A stretch of DNA of 64,000 nt from an uncultured Gammaproteobacteria bacterium (lineage in GTDB: Bacteria; Patescibacteriota; Patescibacteriia; JAHIZJ01), in contig CAZQLY010000008.1 in the NCBI GenBank assembly GCA_964594455.1, positions 42-64,041 on the forward strand, in the 5' to 3' direction. Numbering within the stretch: position 1 is the stretch's first letter; each line of letters opens with the position of its first letter. The notes below the pieces were generated by a model. It searched no databases. It was not told where the DNA came from and was given only the letters and a program-made list of their open reading frames with translations. Shown piece by piece: positions 1 through 9,757 of the stretch. Position numbers and translations under genes: made by a program.

Positions 1-304
1 AAGGCGGATAACAATGAGCGCTGATTAGTATCACAATTTCACCCAGGGATTTAGCTATGCCCAGATTGAGCGATCGCCCAAATGAAAAATCATTAGGATC
101 AATATGTAAAATTGTAGTGGGATATTTTTGCGCAATCTCCAACGTGGAATCAGTTGATCCAGAATCAACTATTATCACTTCGAAGTTTTTATCTGTTTTT
201 TGGTTAAAGATACTTTTAAGCAACGTCTCAATGTGACGTTCTTCGTTGTAGGTTCTGATTAGTATGGATACATCGATGGAATTGGGTTGGGGATCGGATG
301 ACAT
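1..304 (-). CDS. Family 2 glycosyltransferase, N-terminal part; CDS runs off the window start
   Basis: Minus-strand translation from the ATG at 304 reads MSSDPQPNSIDVSILIRTYNEERHIETLLKSIFNQKTDKNFEVIIVDSGSTDSTLEIAQKYP. This is the typical GT2 N-terminus with the DxSxD motif. The frame is open to position 1. Confidence 0.7.
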   Translation of the reverse strand, partial: MSSDPQPNSIDVSILIRTYNEERHIETLLKSIFNQKTDKNFEVIIVDSGSTDSTLEIAQKYPTTILHIDPNDFSFGRSLNLGIAKSLGEIVILISAHCYPP

Positions 305-308
305 TCTT

Positions 309-1055
309 TTATCTGACTATATTTTCCTGCATCAGTATTTCGGCTATTTTGAAATCATTGGGAGTGTCTATGTCTGTTGCTTCCAATTGATCTATTTCGA
401 AAAGATAAGGCTTTTGTCCTACTCTGTTGTTTCCATTGTTACTAAAGGACTCTTTACTGAAGATGTAAAGATTTGAATTTTCTTCGTAAACCGGATCCAA
501 GTCTTGGGTGCGTAACAGCTTTTTGGGATTATGGTTGATCGGATTACCGTTTTTGTCGTAGAGTCTGGTTTGCAGACGAGTCACTGACATTAGGGAGTCA
601 TTTTTTTCAAGTGATTCAAAATATTTTTCGATTGCTGCATTGATTGTCTCGGTCTTAAGCAGGGGGTTGGTAGTGTGGGTTTGTAAGAAATGCGCTCCTT
701 CAATCTGGCTTAAGTCATGAGCGATAATCTTATTCATTGATACCATGTCATCCCTCAATCCATTGGGCCGGTCGATAACTTTTATTTCTGGCAATATTTT
801 ATATATAGTTTGAGTTATTTTTTCGCTATCAGTATCAACATAAACCTCTTTGATGCAACTGGATTTTCTTAGTGTGTCCAGTATGTAGTACAAAAGTGGC
901 TGACCAGCAAATTCGCGGATATTTTTTTCTGGTACTCGTTCGCTATGCCCCTTCATTGGCACCAGAGCGATTACCTCTTTTTTTGGTTCCATAGGTGATA
1001 GTTTATTGACCAAGTATTTAAAATCATACTTCTGTTGAGGCCATATGTCAAACAA
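309..1055 (-). CDS. CMP-sugar cytidylyltransferase (acylneuraminate / KDO cytidylyltransferase family, NeuA/PseF-like)
   Basis: ALVPMKGHSERVPEKNIREFAGQPLLYYILDTL matches the N-terminal P-loop-like motif of CMP-NeuAc/KDO synthetases. The true start may be the internal Met near 992. Confidence 0.65.
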   Translation of the reverse strand: MFDIWPQQKYDFKYLVNKLSPMEPKKEVIALVPMKGHSERVPEKNIREFAGQPLLYYILDTLRKSSCIKEVYVDTDSEKITQTIYKILPEIKVIDRPNGLRDDMVSMNKIIAHDLSQIEGAHFLQTHTTNPLLKTETINAAIEKYFESLEKNDSLMSVTRLQTRLYDKNGNPINHNPKKLLRTQDLDPVYEENSNLYIFSKESFSNNGNNRVGQKPYLFEIDQLEATDIDTPNDFKIAEILMQENIVR

Positions 1056-1093
1056 AAAAATCTGACAGATCAGATTTAATTGTGGGTATATTG

Positions 1094-2140
1094 TTAGGCT
1101 AATTTAGATCTTATTTTGGTCCAGATTTTCCACTTCCAGGTCCGAACGCGAATCAAAAAACAAGTTAATTTAGTGGTTGTATTAATTGGCTTGGGTTGAT
1201 ATTTTTTTTCTGCAATGTTATTGAGTATCTTCTCGCAAAATTGATAATAATCATTAGTGGCGTTTTCAATTGAAAAGACAGGTAGGTTGTTTTTATACTC
1301 GGAATAGTTTCTAGTCACAGTCTCTATTTTTTTAATAACGTCAGATTCATCCTGAAAGGTTAATCCACCTTTGCCCACTAGCTCAGGGTGACCGCCGTCA
1401 TTCAATGCCACAGCTGGTAAGCCGCAAGTCAGTGCTTCGATTAATGAGTTAGAACAAGGATCATTTTGAGAAGCGGTTATGTAGATATCGTGCTGGTTCA
1501 AGATTTGAGCCAGCTCTTCGGAGGGGAGGGGTTTGATCCATTTGATATTATTAAACTCGATAGGTGAGTGGCCGATGAATGTCATCTCGTATCTTAAAAA
1601 ATCCAAGTTCTGATCCAGATATTTATATATTTGAAAGCCTTTATTCCAATTAGCTGACCAGCTGGTAGCAATGATTTTTATTTTTTGCTCAGGGTGGTAG
1701 GGAGATTTATTTTTATCATTAAAGATTTCATTGTTGGAAGCATTGTAAATATACGTCTCGTGCGGCGCGCTTATTCCCAGCTTGGTTTTGTTCTGTTCCA
1801 TACTCCATTTTGATTGAAAGACAATGCCGTCTATCACCGCATCACCAAACTTTTTGATAATCAAATCAATATCCTTATCTCGTCCACGGTAAAGGAAAAG
1901 CGGGCCATCAAGTCGATAGAGTATGGGTTTGTCGGGATGTTCTTTTTTTATTTTTACGGCTTCTCGAAAAAGATGTTCTGCGCCAAAAGGGTAGACATTA
2001 AACAAAACAACATCGGCTTGTCTGGGGTTTTCTTCGTATTGGCCGTTTTCTGTTAATTTATTCCGGAGAGCTTTCAGAAACTGATTACCGCCGCCCCAGG
2101 GTCCGGATTGGAATTTATATAGAACGCTGATTTTCATCGT
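1094..2140 (-). CDS. Glycosyltransferase, GT1/GT4-like
   Basis: C-terminal EX7E-like region SLIEALTCGLPAVALNDGGHPELV. The ORF track extends to 2221, but the more likely start is the Met of MKISVLYKF. Confidence 0.6.
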   Translation of the reverse strand, partial: TMKISVLYKFQSGPWGGGNQFLKALRNKLTENGQYEENPRQADVVLFNVYPFGAEHLFREAVKIKKEHPDKPILYRLDGPLFLYRGRDKDIDLIIKKFGDAVIDGIVFQSKWSMEQNKTKLGISAPHETYIYNASNNEIFNDKNKSPYHPEQKIKIIATSWSANWNKGFQIYKYLDQNLDFLRYEMTFIGHSPIEFNNIKWIKPLPSEELAQILNQHDIYITASQNDPCSNSLIEALTCGLPAVALNDGGHPELVGKGGLTFQDESDVIKKIETVTRNYSEYKNNLPVFSIENATNDYYQFCEKILNNIAEKKYQPKPINTTTKLTCFLIRVRTWKWKIWTKIRSKLA

Positions 2141-3035
2141 AGGAAAAAGATTTGTATTTATCTCTGATGGTTTGGGGTGTAATGCGGGGTGAGGCTTGAG
2201 AGATGGCTTGTTCAAAATCAATCAACGGATATATCTTCAGCAAAGTTTCTTCCGGCTCCAAACGATAGCAACCTAGACCTTTCTTTTCGCAGGCTTTTTT
2301 GGCGGCTTGGGCACATTTTAAAATATATTCGTCTTCTGGAAATTTTATTGGGTCGCCCTGCATTGATTGATATTTACGGTTCCTGTCCCAGAAGTGCCCG
2401 GTGTGTAACAGGTGATCCACGCCTGAGAAATATACGTTTGATATTCCTAAGAAACCGCAAACTGGCAAGAAGGTGCCTTCGAGCGTGCCACCCAGAGCAC
2501 GGATTGGTTCCACGGCTGTTTCAAGATATTCTGGATGCAAGTTGTCCGGATTCATCCTACCTCTGTGCTCTCGGAACAGGACATAAGATGCTTCCGGATG
2601 CCGGTTTCGTAATTTTTTCATAACCGGTGAACTGAAAAAAGAAGGGGAGAAAGAATCATTGGCCGGCAGCATAATGAAGGTTTCAGACAAGTCGATTTTT
2701 CCATGTTTATCTTCTTCTTCCATCACAGCTTGGGCCAGGGGTTCATAATGCAGAAACCAGAGGGTCGGGCTAAATCCGTATTTTTGGTTCAAGGAATAGG
2801 GAGCAGTTGTGACAGTAAAAACGTTGTAATCTTTTAGCCTGTCTACATTCTTGAGATTATCCACGCTGCCGCCAGTGGCGAAAGCAAAGACATTCTTATC
2901 TTTGAAATGAGGTATTAGTTCGGAAAAGAAAAACAGATGACCTGACTCCCTCATTTTATTGATCGCTTTTCTCTCGAAGATGTCGGCTCTTTTGGAGATC
3001 TTATAGGTAAGTGTATTGACCCAGGATGAGCTCAT
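2115..3035 (-). CDS. Hypothetical protein, possibly a DUF115/Maf-like (motility-accessory-factor-type) glycan transferase
   Basis: 306-aa ORF with the operon-like spacing of the island. There is only a weak, unconfirmed resemblance to DUF115 proteins (FATGGSVDNL segment). Confidence 0.35.
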   Translation of the reverse strand: MSSSWVNTLTYKISKRADIFERKAINKMRESGHLFFFSELIPHFKDKNVFAFATGGSVDNLKNVDRLKDYNVFTVTTAPYSLNQKYGFSPTLWFLHYEPLAQAVMEEEDKHGKIDLSETFIMLPANDSFSPSFFSSPVMKKLRNRHPEASYVLFREHRGRMNPDNLHPEYLETAVEPIRALGGTLEGTFLPVCGFLGISNVYFSGVDHLLHTGHFWDRNRKYQSMQGDPIKFPEDEYILKCAQAAKKACEKKGLGCYRLEPEETLLKIYPLIDFEQAISQASPRITPQTIRDKYKSFSYDENQRSI

Positions 3036-3094
3036 TGGTTGAATTTATTAATTAAAACTATTTTATTATAGATAAAAAACCAGTATACTTCAAC

Positions 3095-4060
3095 TTATTT
3101 GATGTGTTTTTTAATTCTTCTGATATTGTTGAAGAACAAGGTATTCATGGTTTTGTAAATAAAATATTTCAGCTTGTTTTCCCGACCAGTTTCTATATTT
3201 AGGTAATACGGTACACGGATGTTAAAATCTTTCACACTTTTTTTAGGATCAATTGTTTGCACGGTTTTAATAGCATCAGAGAGAGTTTTCAAAAACAGTT
3301 TATACATTTCCAGGCTTTTTTCTTTAGGACGATTGAGTGTGAAATTTGTTCCCTCCAATAGAATAGGACGCCAGCCACCTTTGTAATGCAAAATATGTTT
3401 TTCTGATGTGACGGCAGTAGAGCGAGTTTCGTTTAGCTGAGCGCATGGCAAGGCGACTAGCTGCACGGATTCTAAGTCGATGTTAGCTAAAAAGTTACTT
3501 TTTTCTTTTGTATACTGAACTAAGTTATAAAAAGACATTTGATCAGTTCCGCCATAGGGATAATCGTCTGTGTTATTGGCTTTGGCGTATTCTTCTGGAT
3601 TGTTAAGGATTGAATTAGTTTGGATTTGCCATTCTCTGAAGAATTTAATCGCCCGATTAGAATTTTTTACTAACATAACTCCAGTGTTGAGAGGAATTCG
3701 CTCGTTTTTTACCGTAAAAGCGATATCGAAGTTTTTTTTATAAAAATGTGTAATATCTTTCAGTACCAAGGTGTCGCTATCCAACAGACATATCTGTTCA
3801 TTCGGGTATAGTCCTATTGCTTTACTCCAAAGCATTGTTTTACTGGAAATTCTTTTGATGAAGTCTTGGGGTATATTAACTTCATTCCTTGCGAATTCCA
3901 CATGGGGAAAGACTTGGCTCAAGAGTTTTATGTAACGCTGATCAATATCGGTCCAAAAAACGGAAACATTAGCATCCGGATTACTTTTAGTAATCGAAAA
4001 AATGCAGGTCAGCAAAAACCCTATATAGTCGTTACCGTATGCTGTGGTGATGAATCTCAT
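3095..4060 (-). CDS. Nucleotide-diphospho-sugar transferase (GT-A fold, DXD-containing)
   Basis: LLDSDTLVLKD DXD-like motif in a 321-aa ORF inside the glycan island. Confidence 0.5.
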   Translation of the reverse strand: MRFITTAYGNDYIGFLLTCIFSITKSNPDANVSVFWTDIDQRYIKLLSQVFPHVEFARNEVNIPQDFIKRISSKTMLWSKAIGLYPNEQICLLDSDTLVLKDITHFYKKNFDIAFTVKNERIPLNTGVMLVKNSNRAIKFFREWQIQTNSILNNPEEYAKANNTDDYPYGGTDQMSFYNLVQYTKEKSNFLANIDLESVQLVALPCAQLNETRSTAVTSEKHILHYKGGWRPILLEGTNFTLNRPKEKSLEMYKLFLKTLSDAIKTVQTIDPKKSVKDFNIRVPYYLNIETGRENKLKYFIYKTMNTLFFNNIRRIKKHIK

Positions 4061-4062
4061 TA

Positions 4063-4293
4063 TTAGGTATTTGCCTTTTTTAGAACGCCCCAGAATTCAC
4101 CAAACTGGATAGAATAGCTTTTTATCACCCAGCCGCTCTGGTTGATTTCTTCTTTCAAATCCGGCAGGGTGTATTCGATGTAGTGAGTTGGATCCAGACG
4201 GTATTCATAACCGTGTTCTTTTTTATACATCGTTAGCCAATCACGTGATAACATGGGGACACGTAACAAAATGCTGTCAGATAAGTCATGCAT
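4063..4293 (-). CDS. Hypothetical small protein
   Basis: 76-aa ORF tightly packed between glycan-island genes. Confidence 0.35.
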   Translation of the reverse strand: MHDLSDSILLRVPMLSRDWLTMYKKEHGYEYRLDPTHYIEYTLPDLKEEINQSGWVIKSYSIQFGEFWGVLKKANT

Positions 4294-4753
4294 CTTTTTT
4301 CAAGAAGTTGACTCGATCTTCGATATGTTCCAGTACATTTGAAAGTATTATTTTGTCTATTTGTTTTTCAAAATGATATTGTGTAGCATCACCGACAATG
4401 AAAGAAAGATTATCTCCTTGGTATTTTTGTTTAGCTTGGTCGATATTGTTTTGTTTAATGTCAATACCGATCACGCGTTTGGCTTTTTTGGCTACATCAT
4501 AGGCGTTAGCTCCAGTGCCGCAACCGAGGTCTATGACTGTATCATCCGCAGTGACGTTATCTACAAAGAATTGGTGATAATTGATTATTGAATGCTTAGG
4601 ATGCTGGCCGTTATTTATCTTTGTGACCAAGTCAGTAATCTTTTTGTAAGAGTAGTTGTGCAGCCGGATAAATAAATTAAGTAACGACTGATTAAAGCTT
4701 TTCATATTATTTTTTCCTGATAATCGTTGTACCCATGCTTTTTTCTGCCTCAA
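4286..4753 (-). CDS. Class I SAM-dependent methyltransferase
   Basis: Motif I VIDLGCGTGANAYDVAKKAKRVIGID. Confidence 0.7.
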   Translation of the reverse strand: MRQKKAWVQRLSGKNNMKSFNQSLLNLFIRLHNYSYKKITDLVTKINNGQHPKHSIINYHQFFVDNVTADDTVIDLGCGTGANAYDVAKKAKRVIGIDIKQNNIDQAKQKYQGDNLSFIVGDATQYHFEKQIDKIILSNVLEHIEDRVNFLKKDA

Positions 4754-5597
4754 ATTTCCCGCTAGTCAGTTCAAAAGTATCTGACAGGTAATCCAACACA
4801 TCCTTTCTTTGCCGGACTGATTCCATTGTATCAAGACCGTGTCCATCACCCAAACTGTAATCAAATATCAGATAGCCGCCTTTTTTTAAATGCGCGGTTA
4901 GGTTTTTCACTACGTCCAACGGGTTAGGTAAATGTTCCAATACTGCTTGAAGAAAGATTGTGTCGTAGTTATCTTTCAATTCAGGAAGTTCAGATGGATC
5001 AATGTCAACACACTTTACGCCAAAATTTTTCAGCTTCCATTTCGCATAATGGAAAGTGAATTGAGGTATATCAGCGATAGTCAGAGAATAATTTGTTTGC
5101 TCACTGTACACCAGGCTGGTTACTATCGGAGCCATACCGCAGCCATACTCAAGAATCGCTCCATTTGAGGGCAAATATTTTTTAAATGGGTAATAACTAA
5201 AGGGTGCGGTGGCAATTTTATACGCTGAATGGAATGTTAGATATATATTTTCTCGTTTTTGCCAGCTAGCCATGAATTCATTTTCATCGGCGTTCTCGCT
5301 TACTTCAATGGATTGAAACTTCGTGCGATACCAAGAATAAAGAAAGAAAAAATCGTGAAGATTAAGCGGCCGGCCGTCGAGTTGCTGCATCCAGTATTGA
5401 TTAAATTCTTTGAACCAGCCCCTGATGAATCCACTGTCGACCAGCTTTTTAAAAAGACCCAGCCTGATCAATGCCAAATAAGTAAATCGGGCGAGGAGAT
5501 TTAATGTTTTGACCCTAGAACTCTTTTGATCTAGTTTATTAATTTGCTCATGGAGATTTTTGATGTCTACGGAAATGTTTCCAAAGTGATCAGCCAT
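4707..5597 (-). CDS. Class I SAM-dependent methyltransferase
   Basis: ILEYGCGMAPIVTSL motif I, and the Methyltransf_11/23-like LIFDYSLG region. Confidence 0.65.
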   Translation of the reverse strand: MADHFGNISVDIKNLHEQINKLDQKSSRVKTLNLLARFTYLALIRLGLFKKLVDSGFIRGWFKEFNQYWMQQLDGRPLNLHDFFFLYSWYRTKFQSIEVSENADENEFMASWQKRENIYLTFHSAYKIATAPFSYYPFKKYLPSNGAILEYGCGMAPIVTSLVYSEQTNYSLTIADIPQFTFHYAKWKLKNFGVKCVDIDPSELPELKDNYDTIFLQAVLEHLPNPLDVVKNLTAHLKKGGYLIFDYSLGDGHGLDTMESVRQRKDVLDYLSDTFELTSGKFEAEKSMGTTIIRKK

Positions 5598-5601
5598 ATT
5601 C

Positions 5602-6723
5602 TTAACGGGTTAATTTTTTATTATAAATGTCGAGCTCTTTATTTATTATAATACTGAAATCATAATTTTGTTTAATAAACCGTCTGGCTTGCTGGCCTAG
5701 TTCATTCATTAGGGATTGGTTGGACAGTAGATGTACAATTTTTTCCTTCAAGCTGGATGCATCGGGTCGGGACAGTAATCCGTTTTTTCTATCCTTGATA
5801 ATATTATTAACCCCGATAACATCACAACCTACTATTGGCAGACCACATGACATTGCTTCTAACAAAGTCTTGGGGTTGCCTTCATGCAAAGAGGGGAAAG
5901 CATAGACCTTAAATGCATTATAATACTTTGGCAAATCATAGTTATTGACTTTGTCTATAAACTCTAAGTCAATACTGTTTTCTTGGGCATACTTTTTCAG
6001 AGAGGCTTTTTCTTCACCCTGGCCGATGAAGCAGGCTTTGTATCCTTGACCTTTAATCGCCTCAAGCAGATTGATTAAGTTTTTAGCAGCATTGAGACGG
6101 CCGACATAACCAATATCGTATTTCTTTTCAGAATCAAGAGGTTTGAATATTTCAGTATCTATAGAGTTGTTTAGGATGAATAATTTGTTTTTTAAAAAAC
6201 TATAGCGCTGTATCAGGTATTCAGACAGCTCTTGGGTTGGAATTAGGGCTATATTAGATAAGCGGTATGCCAACCACTCAATAATATTTATCTCCAGTTT
6301 TTTGAAAAAGTTTTTTTTGTAGAGTTTGGCGTTTAGAGAGGCCACATAACCGCTGCGGATCACCAGACATTTATTACGAAAAAATATTTTAGACAGAACA
6401 GCCGGAATTGATCCGTAGATTTGGTTAGTTTTATAAACATGACATTGTGACAAGATGTTTCGATGGGAAAAGGGGAGAATGAATTGATAGAGCGAATTTG
6501 ATAAACTGCTTTTCTTTAATACCACTGATATGTTGTCTTTTAGCTTATTTCCAAGTTTTAAATCTTCAGAGCCGCCGTAGCTGAAAATATAGATATGGTT
6601 AAAGTGATCAGCTAAATAATTATAGGGAGCGATCTCGCGTTCTAACATTCCAATCTCCTGCCATTTCTGCAACGACATGCCGTCAGTCAGGAATAAGGCT
6701 AAATTTTTATCTTTTAAATTCAT
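5602..6723 (-). CDS. Glycosyltransferase family 4 (GT-B)
   Basis: FPSLHEGNPKTLLEAMSCGLPIVGCDVIGVNNIIKDRKNGLL, the canonical GT4 C-terminal motif. Confidence 0.75.
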   Translation of the reverse strand: MNLKDKNLALFLTDGMSLQKWQEIGMLEREIAPYNYLADHFNHIYIFSYGGSEDLKLGNKLKDNISVVLKKSSLSNSLYQFILPFSHRNILSQCHVYKTNQIYGSIPAVLSKIFFRNKCLVIRSGYVASLNAKLYKKNFFKKLEINIIEWLAYRLSNIALIPTQELSEYLIQRYSFLKNKLFILNNSIDTEIFKPLDSEKKYDIGYVGRLNAAKNLINLLEAIKGQGYKACFIGQGEEKASLKKYAQENSIDLEFIDKVNNYDLPKYYNAFKVYAFPSLHEGNPKTLLEAMSCGLPIVGCDVIGVNNIIKDRKNGLLSRPDASSLKEKIVHLLSNQSLMNELGQQARRFIKQNYDFSIIINKELDIYNKKLTR

Positions 6724-7687
6724 TCCAAGAATCTTTATAAACCAGCTTGCGATATAATTTATATATTATAGGAAGATGTACAAATAGCCAAAATAGTGTA
6801 GTGTTGTTTTTCTTCTCTAACCTTTTGTACTGAGAATTATAGAGCCTTTTAGCCGCCTTGAACTCTCCTTGCTTGAGATGGTTTTTTAAGCGATCTTCGA
6901 TTACCACGCTATTGTTTGTTTCCACACTTTCTTTATTCAAGATCATCTGCGGGTCAAATTGATCGTAGGAATCGCTATGGTTTTTTATTCGTTCCTGATA
7001 GAACTCTTTGGCTTTTTCTGCGAATAGGATTTGTTTGTCTCGATTGCGATAGCTGATGGCTTTTGGATCCATGCGCCAGTGAACCAATACCTCATTTAAG
7101 TTGACCAGCTTCTTGTTTTGAGAAAGCAGGTTTAAATAAAAATCATAGTCTTGAGCATAGTAGAATTTTTCTCTGTACTCAATTCCTTCATTTCTGAAAA
7201 AGATGGTGCTGTGCACAAAACAGTTTTGATTGGATAATGCTCGTGCCACACCCTCAACGGAGAATAGATAGTCTTTCTGTTTTTTGGGTGTTAGGTGGCC
7301 TTTATCATCAATGAAGCTGATGGCTGAACCACACAAAAAAACATCGGTGTGACTTTCTAAATAGTTAAATTGTTTAGCCAAACGCCCTGTTAGGGAAACA
7401 TCATTGGCATCTTGGCGGGCTATGTATCTGCCTTGCGCTTGATGTAGTCCTTTGTTTAAAGATTTGGTCAAGCCGATATTATCATTGTTCCGAATGAGTT
7501 TAATCCGGCTGTCTTTTTTTTGATAGCTTTCGATAATCGATAATGAATTGTCAGTTGAACCATCATCAATAATAATAAATTCAAAGTCCGATTCACTTTG
7601 ATTTAAAATTGATTCAATAGACTGAGCCAGATAGGCTTGATCATTGTAAACCGATGTGATAACTGATATTTTTGGTCGATCATTCAT
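6707..7687 (-). CDS. Glycosyltransferase family 2
   Basis: ISVITSVYNDQAYLAQSIESILNQSESDFEFIIIDDGSTDNS. Confidence 0.8.
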   Translation of the reverse strand: MNDRPKISVITSVYNDQAYLAQSIESILNQSESDFEFIIIDDGSTDNSLSIIESYQKKDSRIKLIRNNDNIGLTKSLNKGLHQAQGRYIARQDANDVSLTGRLAKQFNYLESHTDVFLCGSAISFIDDKGHLTPKKQKDYLFSVEGVARALSNQNCFVHSTIFFRNEGIEYREKFYYAQDYDFYLNLLSQNKKLVNLNEVLVHWRMDPKAISYRNRDKQILFAEKAKEFYQERIKNHSDSYDQFDPQMILNKESVETNNSVVIEDRLKNHLKQGEFKAAKRLYNSQYKRLEKKNNTTLFWLFVHLPIIYKLYRKLVYKDSWNEFKR

Positions 7688-7691
7688 AGTT

Positions 7692-8666
7692 TTATAACTT
7701 CGGTTTTTTGATAAATAGGAAGGTGTCTTTTTTAATAACCCTTTTGGTTTGCATGCGATGACGCAGGATCAGGGTTTGAGGAAACTTGATCAAGAACAGA
7801 CCGATTGACCAGAGAAACGCCGTAATAGGGCAAAAAGATTTTCGAGCCACAGCCTGCTTCAGCGTCTTAAGTATTTCCAAAACAGTAAAACCCAGCCCGA
7901 ACAATAGGGCGTTGTACCAAACCAGGTTTTTTATTATAACCCGCATCACACCAGAGAAATGATATTTGTATTTCCAGCACCAGTAAGCCGTGTCGGTTCG
8001 AGTAGCCAAGCCAATGTGGATGGTATGAATCTGCGCATAGACATAGCAGGGGAAGCCCATCAACCAGGCCCTAAATCCCAGATCGCCGTCATCAATATTG
8101 AAAGGCTGACTAGTATCAAATCCGCCCAAAGCTTCCCAATTATCCTTGCGACCGAATATTGTTGCACCGATCAAACTGGACGTTTGATAATAGCCATGCT
8201 GCCTCAAAGTTGCCAGGGCCTGAGGCTTATTTCCTCCCAGGAAGTATCGATAGCCGAATCCACCATAACCCACAGTCTTTGATTGTCCAGCGTCAAGGCA
8301 GGGGAGACTAATAAAACATTTGTCTTTTTTGTTCCGGCTCAGTTGTAGGAGTTGATTAATGGCGTCAGAATTGTTAATTACTATATCGTTATCCAGTAAA
8401 AGAAAATATTCTCCTTGGGCTGATTCGACTCCGATGTTTTTGCCACGGGAGTAACCCAGATTTTTTTCATTTCGTACAATTCGTATGTTTGGGAAATTAT
8501 TTAAATAATCCAGGCTAGCGTCAGTGGAATTATTATCAACCACAATGAATTCCAAATCAGGGTAACTTAATTTTAACAGACTCGGTATTGATTCTGTTAA
8601 ATATTTCTGACCATTGTAATTTAAAACTATAACGCTAATCAATGGATGCTTAGCCATGTGATACAA
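7692..8666 (-). CDS. Glycosyltransferase family 2 with C-terminal membrane segments
   Basis: ISVIVLNYNGQKYLTESIPSLLKLSYPDLEFIVVDNNSTDAS, plus a hydrophobic C-terminus. Confidence 0.8.
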   Translation of the reverse strand: MYHMAKHPLISVIVLNYNGQKYLTESIPSLLKLSYPDLEFIVVDNNSTDASLDYLNNFPNIRIVRNEKNLGYSRGKNIGVESAQGEYFLLLDNDIVINNSDAINQLLQLSRNKKDKCFISLPCLDAGQSKTVGYGGFGYRYFLGGNKPQALATLRQHGYYQTSSLIGATIFGRKDNWEALGGFDTSQPFNIDDGDLGFRAWLMGFPCYVYAQIHTIHIGLATRTDTAYWCWKYKYHFSGVMRVIIKNLVWYNALLFGLGFTVLEILKTLKQAVARKSFCPITAFLWSIGLFLIKFPQTLILRHRMQTKRVIKKDTFLFIKKPKL

Positions 8667-9756
8667 GTTTTGTTAATTCTTCATAAAATTCAGAGCTGTT
8701 TTTTCTCAAGCTGTGGTTTTTTATCGTGTAGTTATAGATGTTGTTTGATAACTGTTGATAAAGCTCCGCGTTGGTCATAATTTGTTGTAAGTTTTTATCG
8801 AGCTCAGATAAATCGTTGCGGGACACTAGACCGATTTTATTTTTATCAAAAATGTTATCAGGATTAACGTTTAGGCTTAGAATCGGAGTTTTGTTTATTC
8901 CTGCCTGAAGAAATGTCGCTGGAAAACCTTCCTGGTTTGAGGTATTTACTAAGAGCTTAGCTTTTTGAAAATAGCTGTTTGATTCATTGTGTGGCACAAA
9001 ATTAATAAAGAGAAGATTTGAAACTGTTGAAGCTTGTTTCCTGATGAGCTCAAAATAATCTTGTTGGTTGGTTGCGGCTGGAGCAATCATAACAAATTTA
9101 TAATCAGGATTTTCTCTTGCCAGATGCAAAAAGTGTTCTGGCTGTTTGTATAATTTATCGCAACGTCCAATCCAGAGAATGTAATCCTTACTGTCTGGCT
9201 TATCGGCACGTTTTGATTCAGCTACTACTGATCGTATTATTATACTGTCGCGGTTGAAATTCTTTTTGACGGCTTCTTTCTGGTATTCTGATTGAACATA
9301 TATAAGGTTACTGAACTTAAACAGCTTTTTGGCCAATGTTTTCCAAATTGGATTTCGGTGGATTGGGTGGGTTAGATCCACCTCACCATCGTTAGCTACC
9401 ATATAGGCGAATTTCTTTCCTGACAGTTTGCAGATGAAAGCGATTATGCCAGAAAATTTAGACAGTGCCCGCTGGATATAAATGTCCGCTTGGATTTTTT
9501 TTAAAGTTTGGTAAAAGACCCAAATCTGTTTCAACATATTGGCTTTGAAATTGATGGATTTCCAAGTAGTAATATTATCGAATGTCTCTCGGTTTTTTTG
9601 TCCGAAATCAGCCACCATAAAATGACAGTCTATCGACTGGTCTCCGGCCAGCTGCGAAGCTATCAAAAAAAGTTGTACTTCAGAACCGCCAAAGGTTGAT
9701 CGTACCTTGGGATTAAATAGCTGATATGATTTTGGGGCAATGAAGCAAACTTTCAT
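8650..9756 (-). CDS. Glycosyltransferase family 4-like
   Basis: GT-B architecture, NTSNQEGFPATFLQAGINKTPILS C-terminal motif. Confidence 0.6.
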   Translation of the reverse strand: MKVCFIAPKSYQLFNPKVRSTFGGSEVQLFLIASQLAGDQSIDCHFMVADFGQKNRETFDNITTWKSINFKANMLKQIWVFYQTLKKIQADIYIQRALSKFSGIIAFICKLSGKKFAYMVANDGEVDLTHPIHRNPIWKTLAKKLFKFSNLIYVQSEYQKEAVKKNFNRDSIIIRSVVAESKRADKPDSKDYILWIGRCDKLYKQPEHFLHLARENPDYKFVMIAPAATNQQDYFELIRKQASTVSNLLFINFVPHNESNSYFQKAKLLVNTSNQEGFPATFLQAGINKTPILSLNVNPDNIFDKNKIGLVSRNDLSELDKNLQQIMTNAELYQQLSNNIYNYTIKNHSLRKNSSEFYEELTKLVSHG

Positions 9757-9757
9757 A

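Noticed and set aside
1814-2623. Plus-strand ORFs 1814-2056 and 2189-2623 (80 and 144 aa)
   Set aside because: They are fully antisense to longer, motif-bearing glycosyltransferase and hypothetical genes on the minus strand and have low-complexity composition. Probably spurious shadow ORFs.
7959-8282. Plus-strand 107-aa ORF inside the GT2 gene
   Set aside because: Antisense to a GT2 gene with clear motifs; no SD; shadow ORF.
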